From Ostrea edulis (taxonomy: Eukaryota), in NCBI RefSeq assembly GCF_947568905.1, contig NC_079165.1:83266001-83330000 (forward strand): DNA of 64,000 nucleotides, read 5' to 3'. Both the position numbers and the translations under genes were made by a program. The notes under the pieces were generated by a model. It did not search any database. It was not told the origin of the DNA and worked only from the letters and a program-made list of their open reading frames with translations. Shown here in pieces: positions 25,601-37,723 of this stretch. Each line of letters opens with the position of its first letter. The stretch's first letter is position 1.

Positions 25601-27848
25601 GGCTTTCAAATTTATTCAAGTGAAGGGCCTTGCCCCCTTCAAAGGGGAGATAATCACAAAAATAGAGTGGGGTCACTTAAAAATCTTCTTCTCAAGAGCC
25701 ACTGGGTCAGAAGAGCTGAGATTTAAATGAAAGCTTCCTGACGTAATGCAGATTCAAGTTTGTAAAAACCATGACCCCTGGGTGTAGGTTGGGGCCACAA
25801 TAGGGGATCAAAGTTTTACATGCAAATATTTAGGGAAAATCTTTAAAAATCTTCCTCTCAATAACCACTGGACCAGGAAAGTACAAATTTACATGAAAGC
25901 TTCCTGACATAGTGCAAATTCAAGTTTGTTAACATCATGGCTCCCGGGGGTAGAATGGGCCCACAATAGGGGATCAAAATTTTACTTACAAATATAAAGG
26001 AAAAATCTTTAAAAATCTTCTCTAGAACTACTGGATCAGAAAAGTTTACATTTACAAGAATGCTTCCTGATATAATGCAGATTCAAGTTTGTTAAATCAT
26101 GGCCCCCAAGAGTAGGGTGGGTCACAATAGGGGATCAAAGTTTCACATACAAATATATAGGGAAAATCATTTAAAATCTTCTGAAGAATCACAGGGCCAG
26201 AAAGGTTTACATTAAATTTACATGAAAGCTTCCTAACATAGTACATATTCAAGTTTGCTAAAATCATTCAACCCCCCCCCCCCCCCCCCCTAGGGAAAGG
26301 GTTGGACCACAATAGGGTATCAAAGTTTTACTTGCAAATGTATTGGGAAAATCTGAATAGTTTTGCTCAAGCTTGTTTATTGCTAGTAACTGCTGTTCAG
26401 GTGAGTTATGTGGCTTATGTGCCTCTTGTTTACTGAAGTGATGTGAAATGCATATCTCTTAATAGATCCGTCTACAACTGTTGCAATATTTTATTTTGTT
26501 TACATCATCAGTTATTTGAAGTTCTAATAGATGTACATGTGCAACATCACATAACTGCACTAATAAAGAAGTATGACGTCACGTTATCTATTGTAAATTC
26601 TGTTTCGTAGCAGACGTGTAAAACTGTAGTGATTTATCCAGAGTCTACAGTCGTAAATAGGTGTTAACATTTTTTATATTTCTACTAGGGGTAGACATCA
26701 TGAAAATTGGAATGATTTTTTATATATCACATGCATTTTGTAAACAGTTTCAATGTTTTGTATACAATATATATATGCATTATGTATGAATATTGAGTTA
26801 TTTGCTCTTTGTATGATAAAACAATTGAATGATTTAAAATTAATGTTATCTCACATGCACAAGGACTGTTTTACAAACCACAAGCATTTAGATACAAAAC
26901 TAAACATCTGTAGTCTTTTTATGCCCCCACCACATAGTGGTCGGGGCATACAGTTTTACCCTTGTCCGTCCTTCCGCCAGTCTGATTAAAACCAGCCCCC
27001 CTTCTCCTATCGACGATAGGAGAAGGGGGGCTGGTTTTAATCAGACTGTCCTTCCGCAACACCCACTTTTCCAGACTTTTTTCTAAATGCCTCAAGATAT
27101 CATATTAATTTTTTGTATGCAGTTGTATATTGATGAGTTACAGATCGAGTTTGTGTTTTGTTCCAGTTCGTTGGTTTTTTGATGGAGTTGTGCCCCTTTA
27201 ACTTAGAAAAATCAGTCTTGACCAGTTTTCCGGACTTTTTTTTTCTAAAACTAAAAAGCCTCGAAATATTGAATTGTTTTTTTGTATGCAGATGTATATT
27301 GATGATTTACAGATCAAGTTTGAGTTTTGTTTCAGTTTGTTGATTTTGAGAGTTGTTTCCCCTTAAACATAGAAAAATTTATGTATTTATTATTTTGCTG
27401 TTAAAACATATAGAGGAATTGTTGTCGAGTTCTGCATTGTACTATATGTGTGTAACATACAATCTGAATACCACATTCAATGCTATATTTTGGTGGATTT
27501 CCTACATTTGACTTTACTGCAGGTAGGATCATTTGTGTTGTGCCCACACATCTAGATATCAATGAATTGCTGTACAATTAAACTCTCACTAAAAAATCTA
27601 CAGCAATTGTTAACAGTTTGGAATGTAACCAGAAAGTAACTAATCTGCAAGACTGGTGATCAACAAAATTTAATCATGCATTAATTGATAGCAAATATTT
27701 CTGTGGCAGATTATTTGTGAATTGATAAATCATTGTATAGAATTGTGAATGAATGGAATGTATGATGAAAGTAAAGATTTGCTCAATTTACAGGGGAAAG
27801 GAACCAGTTGAATACCAGACAAATGATGATCTAAGCTTCCTCTTGTGA
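22642..27848 (+). CDS. Alpha-aspartyl dipeptidase (peptidase E, family S51), 8 coding exons, 235 aa
   Basis: Exons 22642-22733, 23374-23462, 23638-23712, 23869-23948, 24124-24297, 25092-25151, 25231-25313, 27794-27848 (708 nt, all GT-AG, phases consistent). Motifs [39 protein letters not shown] (catalytic Ser), FNINPHY (His), HMGETRE, GLREG. Confidence 0.95.
24770..25025 (+). repeat. Dispersed repeat, probably a retroelement 3' end, class not determined
   Basis: GATCAAGATATAGGATTCACGG...GTGTGACTGGTCAACAGG.GATGCTTACT.CTCCTAGGCACCTGATCCC; a shorter related copy sits near 17985-18045. Confidence 0.5.
25438..26431 (+). mobile_element. HINE/Helentron with Cg170-like tandem core (about 165-bp units)
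   Basis: TAGCTCACCTGACCTGAATGCTCAATTGAGCTTTTCTGATC start, GTCC microsatellite, about 4 units containing TTACATGAAAGCTTCCTGAC...CCACAATAGGGGATCAAAG, and end CAGGTGAG..ATGTGGC...GCCTCTTGTT. Confidence 0.9.
26905..27540 (+). mobile_element. Degenerate HINE-type element
   Basis: TTTTTATGCCCCC..hairpin..GGGGCATA start, GTCC microsatellite and about two internal repeat units. Confidence 0.6.
26978..27048. mobile_element. 71-bp perfect-palindrome micro-MITE with 9-bp TSD
   Basis: 35-bp perfect arms around a 1-nt loop (CAGTCTGATTAAAACCAGCCCCCCTTCTCCTATCG A ...). TCCTTCCGC at 26969-77 and 27049-57. Confidence 0.9.
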
Positions 27849-27945
27849 TTATACTGGGTGGAGGATGGACGCTTCTATCCACCTGTTTGTGAAAGCAACA
27901 AATAACACTCAACTTTAAAGGAGTTTTATTTTAGCAAAACAGCTT

Positions 27946-27983
<38 letters not shown>

Positions 27984-28317
27984 CAGCAATGCATACCTAA
28001 ATGCACACACATGTATACTGACATATTGAATGCGAGTGTTGCATGAAATAAAAGTTGTACTAAATTCAAAACAAAACTATGGTCAGTGTGGTCATATCCT
28101 TCTAGAATGCAAAAAATTTTAATCAAGAAAAGGAAACCCAATAAAAATCATTACAAAATGAGTTGGAAAGGAACTTCCAGATTTTTTGTAAACCCTTAAG
28201 ATAAGACTATTAAACGCTGATTATCTACAAGAGAACATGAATACCGTAGCTGTTTTAGGAGAGGGCACTCTAAGTTTTAACTTGTGCCCAATCCTTTTGT
28301 CTTTAATATCTTGACAA

Positions 28318-30784
28318 TAAACAAGAGATGTTTGTAAAACACATATGCCCCCATGGTGCAAAATTGAAAAGGGTTATACACACACATCATTTAATTGATA
28401 GTAGTATCATCAATTCAAAATATTGAGCAGACAATATCTTCTTATGTCAAGAGTGAAATGACCATGTGACTTAAAAAGCAATAGGGGTCATCTACTCCTT
28501 ATGCTGTACCAGTGTACCAAGTTTGGTGTCAATCAAGCAAATAATTCTTAAAATATAGGAGACAATATATTACTATGTCCAGTTCAGCTATTTACTTTTG
28601 ACCTCAAAATCAATATGGGTCATCTTCTCCTCAAGATGTACCAGTGTACTAAGTTTGATGTCTGTCAAGCAAAAGAGTTATCAAGATATTGAGTGGACAG
28701 TACAGGGGTCGAAATTAACTTTTTCTATCACAGGCTAATTTTAGCCTGTGGGTAAAATATCCACAGGCTAAAAATGAAAACCTACAAGCTAAAATAAAGA
28801 TAATGAAGCAGTGCTCTTTTTTCATATGTCTTTTTTAAATCAACGATTTTCTCCATCATTACTGAGCCTAGTGGGTCAACAGGCATCATTTGGACAGGAC
28901 AGTAAGTTACACAAGTCATATGATATGGTGCAATGTTTAGGTCTCTTGATTCTCGCACCTCAAATCCACAACCTGTTTACCACAGGTCTAGATCCAGTCT
29001 TTCAATTTCATGCCACATCAGGGTTGTCTCATAATGATTTTTCAAAGCGAATCCTGGACTCATGGTTTTATAAGCAGCACGATCACGAACCCCATGAACT
29101 TTTTTGCCAATCGTCTACGCGGTGAGCAGTGCACTTGTGTCATCACTACAACCCGACCTCAATATGACAATAAATTCATTTAGATAGGACATTCTCGTGA
29201 TTCTGATAAAAATGACTACCGGAGGACTTGGTAAAACATAAGATTCCGATTTTTTTTTTTTTTAGATAAATGAATAACAAAAACTTCATACTTGGAATTC
29301 AATTTAATCACCTCTATTGGGTGAACAGGTTTATATTTTTCATCATAATGCGATGTCTGACCTCTAAAGCATTTGTTTGACTCCGAGTTTCTTTAAAAAA
29401 TCATAAAAGACAAATCCAGATAGAAACAGTTGTTGAAATCGGTCGTTCATGTAAGCGTTTGTATGATTCAGAGTGCAAGTTTAAGAAAAGCAAATAGCGC
29501 ATCACCGTATAAAACGGATACGATACGATCATTGTTTGTAAATCACCACTTGCTAAGATTTTCGAGTGTCCACTATTTTTACTCGCTATTTTTCAAATGT
29601 ACTCGCATTTTGCGAGTATTTTTTGCTAATTTCGAGCCCTGCAGTATATTACTATGTCCAGTTTGACCCTTGACCATGCAACCTCAAAATCAATAGGAGT
29701 CATCTTCTCCTTAATATACACCAGTGTACTAAGTTTGATGTCTGTCAAGCAAAGGGTTCTCAAGATATTGAGCGGACAGTATATTCTTATGTCCAGTGTG
29801 ACCCTTGACCTTTAAACATGTGACCTCAAAATCAATACGGGTCATTTTCTCCTGAAGATGTACCAGTGTACCAAGTTTGATGTCTATCAAGCAAAGGGTT
29901 CTCAAGATATTGAACGGACAGTATATTCCTATGTCCAGTTTGACCCTTGACCATGTGACCTCAAAATCAAAAGGGGTCATCTTCTCCTGAAGAAGTACCA
30001 GTGTACCAAGTTTGATGTCTGTCAAGCAAAGGGTTCTCAAGATATTGAGCAGACAGTATATTCCAATGTCCAGTTTGACCCTTGACCTTTAAACATGGGA
30101 CCTTAAAATCAATAGGGATCATTTTCTCCCGAAGATGTACCAGTGTACCAAGTTTGATGTCTGTCAAGCAAAGGGTTCTCAAGATATTGAACGGACATTA
30201 TATTCCTATGTTCAGTTTGACCCTTGACCTCAAAATCAACAGGGTTCGTCTTCTGAAGGTGTACCAAGTTTGATGTCTGTCAAGCAAAGGGTTCTCAAGA
30301 TATTGAACGGACAGTATATTCCTATGTCCAGTTTGACCCTTGACCTCAAAATCAATAGGGGTCATCTTCTCCTGAAGATGTACTGGTGTACCAAGTTTGA
30401 TGTCTGTCAAGCAAAGGGTTCTTTAGACATTGAATGGTCAATATATTCCTATGCCCAGTTTGACTCTTGACCATATGACCTCAAAATCAATAGGGGTCAT
30501 CTACTCCTTAGGATGTACCAGTGTGCCAAGTTTGATGTCTTTCAAGCAAAGGGTTCTCAAGATATTGAGCGGACATTATATTCCTATGTCCAGAGTAGAT
30601 TGACCCTTGACCTTTTAACCTGAAAAACATTAGGGGTCCTCTTCGACTCATAACCAACCCACATATGAAATATCATTATCATCAAGTGAATGGTTCTCAA
30701 GATATTGAGCGGACAACATGTGGTCTACCGACCGACCGACAGGTGCAAACCAATATGACCGTCTTCTTTAAAGGGGGACATAAA
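28318..30784 (-). mobile_element. HINE/Helentron with tandem core of about 120-140 bp (about 9 units)
   Basis: AAACAAGAGATGTTTGT end; repeated GTGTACCAAGTTTGATGTCTGTCAAGCAAAGGGTTCTCAAGATATTGA; (ACCG)n microsatellite and AAAGGGGGACATAAA at the other end. Confidence 0.9.
28703..29641. mobile_element. Non-autonomous DNA transposon with CAGGG...CCCTG ends and 5-bp TSD, nested in a HINE array
   Basis: TIR CAGGGGTCGAAATT / AATTTCGAGCCCTG; CAGTA duplicated at 28698-702 and 29642-46; the host repeat unit is restored on removal; asymmetric subterminal repeats (CACAGGCTA left, ACTCGC right). Confidence 0.85.
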
Positions 30785-31591
30785 TATGTTCAGTTCAGCT
30801 GTTTTAATACAGTAACTTCAGCGAAACCTTTGTAATGGGTGCTGGTTAAATATGTGGGTTATATCAAAAGGATCACACACTTATCAGTTGTTACTGATCA
30901 AATTATGTTACAGTAAAATCCTTTAAATGTCCAAGCTATTGCATCACAAGAAGCAGGTCATCATAATAAACAATTTGTATATAATGTATAAATTTTTATA
31001 TAAACACAGGTCACACATATTTCGTCATGTTTTACTGATTTATAATTACATCCACTTGTAAGAGAGTAAAACGGAGATTTCATATGAGATTTTACAATAG
31101 AGAGGACAGATGTTACTTTGATAAAATAACTGCTAGTTATAAGTGAGGTATTTTGCTTAATGCATATATGTAAACATTCAACTAAAAGGCAGTCTTGCAT
31201 CATCATCACTGTTATAAATGTGAATTTTACAAATTTCCCCTGCACAGCTGAATGAAATGCAAAAATGAGATGGGATTTATTACACACTATACTTCTTTTA
31301 AAGTAGAACAATATAACATAGTATGTGATATTCATACTTGGTATTGTATCCAGCAATGACATCTACCTAGCATAAATGAACAAAGACAGATGGACAGACA
31401 AACATTGTGGAATGCAAAACATATTTCCTATACAGGGGCTATGAAAAATAAATAATCCTCATTTAATGACACTTAAGGAACCTGCACAGTACAACTGACA
31501 CAAAACAACAAACATCAGATCCGAAAAAAACTTTGAAAATTCAGTGAAAAGATTGAAAGTAAACTACACGTGATAAGTTGTGTAATTGAAA

Positions 31592-34066
31592 TCATTGGAA
31601 GTAAGTGTGGTATAAGAATTGTTTGTTGATGATGTTTCTTGCGCAGGCATGGATCGGCTTTGGTTTTGTATTATTTCTGGGAGTCACATTCTCGACCCTC
31701 ATAGGTGACTTGCGCATGTTAATTTGTATCATCTGCGAGAATGCATCTTTCTTTTTTTCCGTGGCGGAGAGCAGCAGTATTCTGCCACGGTAGTGCGTGA
31801 ATCCCAGTAAAGGTAAATGGGAGGGAGACAGTTTCATCAGTGTCTGGAATTTAGCTTTGTAGTCGTCGTCTTTTTTCACAATATTAAACTTAGCAATGTC
31901 ACCCTTAGCAGTTATAATAAAGTTCAAATGTCCAAAGGATGACACAGTTATAGGTTGTTCCAGATCCAGCTGACCTACGACCTTGCATTCCCGTGTGCGG
32001 ATTTCAAAAACCTGAATGGTCTTGACAAATTGTCCATTTTGATCAATGCCTCCAAAAACAAAAATCAGTTCTCCGATAACTGTGGAGGCTGCGGAGTGGA
32101 CAGGAGTCACCAGTTCTCCCATAGTTCTCCACTTCCTCCCGCGAATGCTGTACTCCTCTATGGAGCCGAGTACGTTCTTTCCCTCCTTGGCTTTTGGATT
32201 TTTACCTCCAATGATGTAGATTGACTCTCTCACAGCTGCCATCACATGACAAGAGCGTCCTCTCTTCATCTGAGCTTCACACAAATTCCATTCATTTCGT
32301 TCTGAATCGTAGTGGAGCAGGTTCTTGGAATTATTTGTTCCTCCTGCCAGATACAGATCACATTTAAAGGTCACGACCTGAAAATCCAGACCAGGGTTCT
32401 GATCCAGAGGTATTGGTGCTAAGGTGTACCATCGGTTCTGGTTAAAACTGAAGGCCCACAGACACTTGCCGTCCTGATAGAATGATCCTGATCTTTCCAT
32501 GTCGTATTCTGTAATCACCATAGTAACTTCCTCAAAATCATCACTGCTGCGTAGGTGAAATCTTGATGAACAGAACTCTTGTTGTCGAGCTGGTAGCATG
32601 TGGTAATCCCTAGTTTCGTCAAGATATTGCAAACAATTGTCGTCCTCTATCAACAACTTTTCTTGGTATAATTCACTTAGAAGATACTCTGGGCTAATGT
32701 TGATCAATCTCACATGTCTGAAGAGTTTGGCAATATCTTTCACTCTGTTCTGCTCGTCTGCTTTTACCCACCGTAAGACTGCCTCACAGATTTGTTCTTC
32801 ATCCACGGGAACCAGATCATCATCCCTGACGATACTCAAAATGTCATCCATATCCAGTTCATCAAATTCCTTTGTCTTCCACAGTCCATTAAAGCCTTCC
32901 ATCACATACGGCCGGCATTTTTCAAGCAAGATATTGCACCCAAATTGTCGTGCCAGTTTGAATATTTCCAGACAATTTTCTGTATCCATCTCTTTGCTAA
33001 GGAATTCTTCACATGATTCTTGCAGGGCCTGTACCTATATTTCCAGAGAGAAGAAAATGCTTCATTACATGTAGAAAGTCAATGGATATTGATCATTATA
33101 TACATTTGTACTAGCCAAAAGCAATTGATTTCAGATCAGTTTTTTAAAATCTGACATAAATTCTAAAATATTCTGACACTATTCATGAATTAATTCTGAC
33201 ACTATGAATATTTTATTCACATGTATGTGCACATCGATTTTATATGATCTTTTCTCTCACATTTGTAAAGCGCTTTAGAGAACTAAAGTTGATAGGGCGC
33301 TATATAATTCTTTTAATTACAACTACAATCACAATATGTTGGTTTTCCATTTTTAATCCTACACGGTAAAATTATTAACTTTCATGGAGATCATACATAC
33401 TGTTTTCATGATGTGAACATATACATGAATATAAATCCTCTATGAACATGAAAAAATTTACTCCTCTGCACATTCAGAGATTGTAGCCTATGCGAAATTC
33501 CCCAAACTTTCTGTGAAAAAGCGGCAGTCACCCAGCTAAGGACTGGTTGCAGTCACTGTGGCTTAACTTGCTCAATCGATGCATGCACTCTATTGTGTTG
33601 AGCTAGTTCAACGGTGTTACATTTATAAGTTTTCTGTTACATCTTCAACTGCTCTTCTGCACAGATACTCAGTAGCTCCCAAAATCTAATTGCTTAGTGA
33701 CCAAATGTATCTGTGAACATCTTAATGAAATCTAAGCGCAAACTTCTATGATATCTTGTGAAAATGCAACCTCACAAACAGGACGGAAGAAATAGCCCCA
33801 AAACAACGAAAATTTGACCACAAGAAATTAAAGTGGTTAGTGTCATATTTTGAAACATGCTCTTCATCTCAAATACATATGTACTCAGTCTGGTAATTAA
33901 TAATCATTCTAACAAGTTCAGTGGGGAGATCTACTGGGAACCCTTTGGACTTTACAGGATTTGATCATATGATTGTCCCACTTCATATCCTAGTAAAATA
34001 TTTACTTTTTAAGTGTAAATTAATTGAATATAATTGGGTGAATGGTGATACAAAGAATGAGTACAG

Positions 34067-34107
<41 letters not shown>

Positions 34108-35332
34108 ATTTCATTATTGAATTTTCAACTTTTCCTTTTCTAACACCAAACATTTAAGATGAAAGCATATATAGGGACTGTAGCGATACCTGGAATAAAG
34201 CAGCGGCCCTGAGGAGTTCCACCACATTGTCTCTGCTGATGTTTTCTTGTCCGGTGTATATGTAGGTTCTAAAGGCCTCGAATGTGGCTTTTTCTATATC
34301 CGGCAACTCCAACGTGTTACTGGTAGTCTCCAGAAAGCCTGAACTAAACATGGACTTGAAATACGGTGAACCTATTTTTAAAAAAAAAGGAATTAATAGG
34401 AATAAATGATACAGAAATAGAAAGGGAGAATTGTGCATTGATTTGATACTCTATCACTGGACTGCTCGAAGCTTGTACTCTGGACCAGCTGATGGGTTGA
34501 TGCACCCCCATCATTTACAATAATGACGTTAGCATTTAAAGAGAGTTGTAAAAGAACATATATCCTTGACTCAGTTAAAAAGTAATTCTGGAGATTAAAT
34601 CAAATATCAATTATCATGTATTTCATTTACATCAAGATATCGACTGAAAAAATGGTCAGAAAACTGCACCTGCATGTGCTTCTATCATTTTAAAAATGTT
34701 ATTCCTTGAACAAGGAATATTGCTGATTCTCCTGATATGTTTCGTGAAAGCAGAGGACACTTTTGACAACGAGTATATTATCTAAGATTTACATTACATG
34801 GTGCAGCTCTTTCTGACTAATTCACTAATGGTTTTTGCATTTAAGGATTTTGATATAATTCTGAATTTCTCAAAGCTTCTAAATCAGCCTAATGCACTAT
34901 ATAAACTGTGGATAAAATGCAAGGAAAATAGTTCTTCATAATATTTACTTATGTGGGATTGAGAAATTCCACTTCAGGACAAGATATGCAGTCTAGGATT
35001 CAGCAAAGCCTTGTACCCGAGACTGAATCTTGTCCCCTTAGTGGAATTTGCCAATCCCACACTCGTATTAATAAAGGATTCTATAATTCCATCTGTATAG
35101 TTTAGGCATGATATTGATGTAATAGAATATTACCTGCAGCAAGGAGAAGCTTATGACACGGAAAGCTCTGACCCTCAACAATGATCTCTACGTCCGAATT
35201 TTCTCCTCCCATTCCCATCTCCATGATGCCAGCCATCATGCTCTGTAGGTATCGTTGTCGGGCACTGTCGGACATACTGCTACTGAAGGAATGACCCATG
35301 CCAGACCCTCCTGGGGGACCCGACTCCGCCAT
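31592..35332 (-). CDS. Kelch-like protein (BTB-BACK-Kelch), paralog A, 607 aa
   Basis: Exons 35332-35134, 34371-34190, 33034-31592 (1824 nt, GT-AG, phases 1 and 0). BTB DVEIIVEGQSFPCHKLLLAAGSPYFKSMF, BACK EEQICEAVLRWV...LFRHVRL, Kelch repeats LYLAGG, IYIIGG, IFVFGG. Confidence 0.95.
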
Positions 35333-36079
35333 CCTGAATTAACTTACACCCGATACTTCACCAACAACCTACTAAAATTTTAAAGGATTTTATATGATTT
35401 TAGTCAGCAGAGACTCAATCCATTCTAAATATTAACAAACAGAGAGGTACTTTCACATCCCAATGACACTACTCCTACAACAAAGAACATGTTTACGCCA
35501 TGTGACGTGTCACGAATCGCTGCTAGGCCTAGATCTGACATGAGATCGAATTTTTGTTTATTATTTCCTACCTTCAGGGTTTAAAATTGTGAATGACCAA
35601 TCAAGCGCTTATCAATATTTAAACAGTAAAATGTCTAACAATAAAAAGCCCTTAAGTTACACAGTGTAATTAGGGCATATAATCTTTATATAATTAGAAA
35701 TCCTTTGTGAACTTACCCGCAGGCCGTCCCAAGCTACACTTTTAAAAGTGAAAGTAGATATATCATGTTGTTAGTAGTTTGAGCTGTAGCGTTTCGTGAT
35801 CATACGAGATAAAGTATGAATAGTGGTAGTCCTAGATATTTTTTTTATGAATAACACTGTAAAAAATAATCGAAAAGTTTTAATGTAGACTTGTAGGCCT
35901 AATGAACAATGTTTCTCACCTCCAATCCCGATCGACAAACGCATGGTACAGTTTGTTTTCAAACTGACGTAACTGGTTAACGTGATTTGTTACAGGTATT
36001 GAATATTAGGCTTCTTTTGGCCATTTCATAAGGTTGCATGTATAAATTTACAATTAGTGAACAAGATGGAAGAACGCAG

Positions 36080-36125
<46 letters not shown>

Positions 36126-36435
36126 TTGGATGATTACAGATTGTTCTATCTAATATGGTTATTATTGACTATTAGGCTACTGCTTAATTTTAACCGCAAA
36201 GGTGTCTTTAAATTAGAAGACGAGTCATACTGCACAGTCAAGGTAATTTAAAGTATTTCAATCAAGGACATTATAATTAAGGGTTGGGATTTTAAAATTT
36301 TTGGCATTAAGTAAATTTTATTTAAAGTCGGCACTATATACATTCAACATGTCAAACAAAAGCTCTGTAGAGCTTTTTAACCGACATGGCATGCATGAAC
36401 AAATGAAGTTGTGTATTATAGCATTAACTTGATTG

Positions 36436-36843
36436 TGTGGTATAGTAGGAGAAAATATTTGGCTGGACTGGGAATCAAACCTGGGACCCCTACATTACTA
36501 AGTCAGGTGTTCTAACCAATGAGATACCTAAGCTGATATCCACGGACCATAAAGCCATAACTACTACAATGTATTACAGATGACAATGATCAGGGAGCAT
36601 GCAGTGAAACTACAACTCTCAAAAGGGACACACCCACCCTTGTAAAGGAGCACAGAATATTTTTGTAGAAATACAGGTGGAAGTACAAAATCCTGGTCAC
36701 TGCACCAACTGTAATATAGTTGGAGAAAATCTTTGGCTGCACCAGGACTCGAACCTGGGACCCCTGCATTACGAGTCAGGTGCTCTAACCATTGAACTGT
36801 CCAGGCTGATATCCACATTTCGTATAGACTTATAACTACTATT
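36436..36843 (-). mobile_element. Degenerate TRIM with tRNA-like LTRs (Helenus-like), family 2
   Basis: Direct repeats of about 133 bp (36436-36568 TGT...TACA; 36710-about 36843), each holding an A-box/B-box cloverleaf on the minus strand. PBS TGGTGCAGTGACCAGGAT next to the 5' LTR. PPT and TSD not recognisable. Confidence 0.7.
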
Positions 36844-37429
36844 ATATGAGTACAAGGCAGCACCCCTGGTATCAGGTTAAATTATTTTAGATAGAGTGAA
36901 TAAAATATTCAACAATTAATTACACGTAAAAACAGTACAGTGCTCATCAAACTTGGTACACTAGTTCCCAATTATTAAAAGGAAGAAGCCTTCTGTTTTT
37001 CAAGGTCAGAAGAAGTCTATTGTTTACAGTTATCAAGGTCAAACTTGCTTAAGTAATTCTAAAGGCACAAAACAAGATTGAACAATACTAATAGGGCTAG
37101 GATAATCAAAATTGATGTACACATTCAATGATTATCATAGATAGATAGTACTTGGTCTGTCTGTCTGCCTGTCAATACCTTGTGGGAATAATAAGGGAAG
37201 GATAATTAAACTAGGTATGTATCTTTCCGATATGGTGAAAGGAAGATGCCTCTTATTTCTTAAGGTCATATTTTAGGGGGTAATCCTGAAGGAAATTTAA
37301 ACAGTACTGTGTAATAAAATTAACAGAATCTTCAAACTTGGTATGCATACTTGCTCTGCTGTTGATGCTAAGTATATTTTAAAAAGTAATGAATTTGCTT
37401 CTTAAGTTGTTTTTCATTGGTTTCTGCAA

Positions 37430-37590
37430 TTTGAAACCTGTCTAATCCGATATTCTCTTGGAGATATATACAGTGAAACCTGTCTAATCTGACATGCTCT
37501 GAGAGATATACAGTGAAACCTGTCTAATCTGACATGCTCTGAGAGATACATATAGTGAAACTTTTCTAATCTGACATTCTCTGGAAGACA
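37430..37590. repeat. Minisatellite of about 40 bp, about 4 copies
   Basis: ATACAGTGAAACCTGTCTAATCTGACATGCTCTGAGAGAT. Confidence 0.85.
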
Positions 37591-37723
37591 AACTTTTATT
37601 GGGTTGGCAGATTGCATAGAGTAGAGATAATGGGAAAAAGATAATTAGGAAGGAAAATGGGGTCAGAATTCACAGTAAAATGGAGTACACAGGTGGTGGA
37701 GTAGACAGGTTTAACTGTACATA

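Noticed and set aside
29729-30470. Cluster of similar 60-100 aa ORFs (also 46394-46775 and 61729-61975)
   Set aside because: Translations of tandem repeat units inside non-autonomous elements.
31605-33074. Plus-strand ORFs over Kelch A (likewise 48130-49077 and 52738-52932 over Kelch B)
   Set aside because: Antisense shadows of real coding exons.
34069-34108. Long poly-C/poly-G tracts (also about 19755-19778, 26275-26290, 44765-44782, 61015-61036) as G-quadruplex elements
   Set aside because: Homopolymers of uncertain true length, mostly inside TE linkers; nothing here supports a function.
36460-36830. Apparent tRNA-Thr genes (also apparent tRNA-Ser at 63430-63745 and a tRNA-like piece at 41030-41105)
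   Set aside because: Broken acceptor or anticodon stems, an oversized anticodon arm and embedding in LTR or SINE context; these are mobile-element heads, not tRNA genes.
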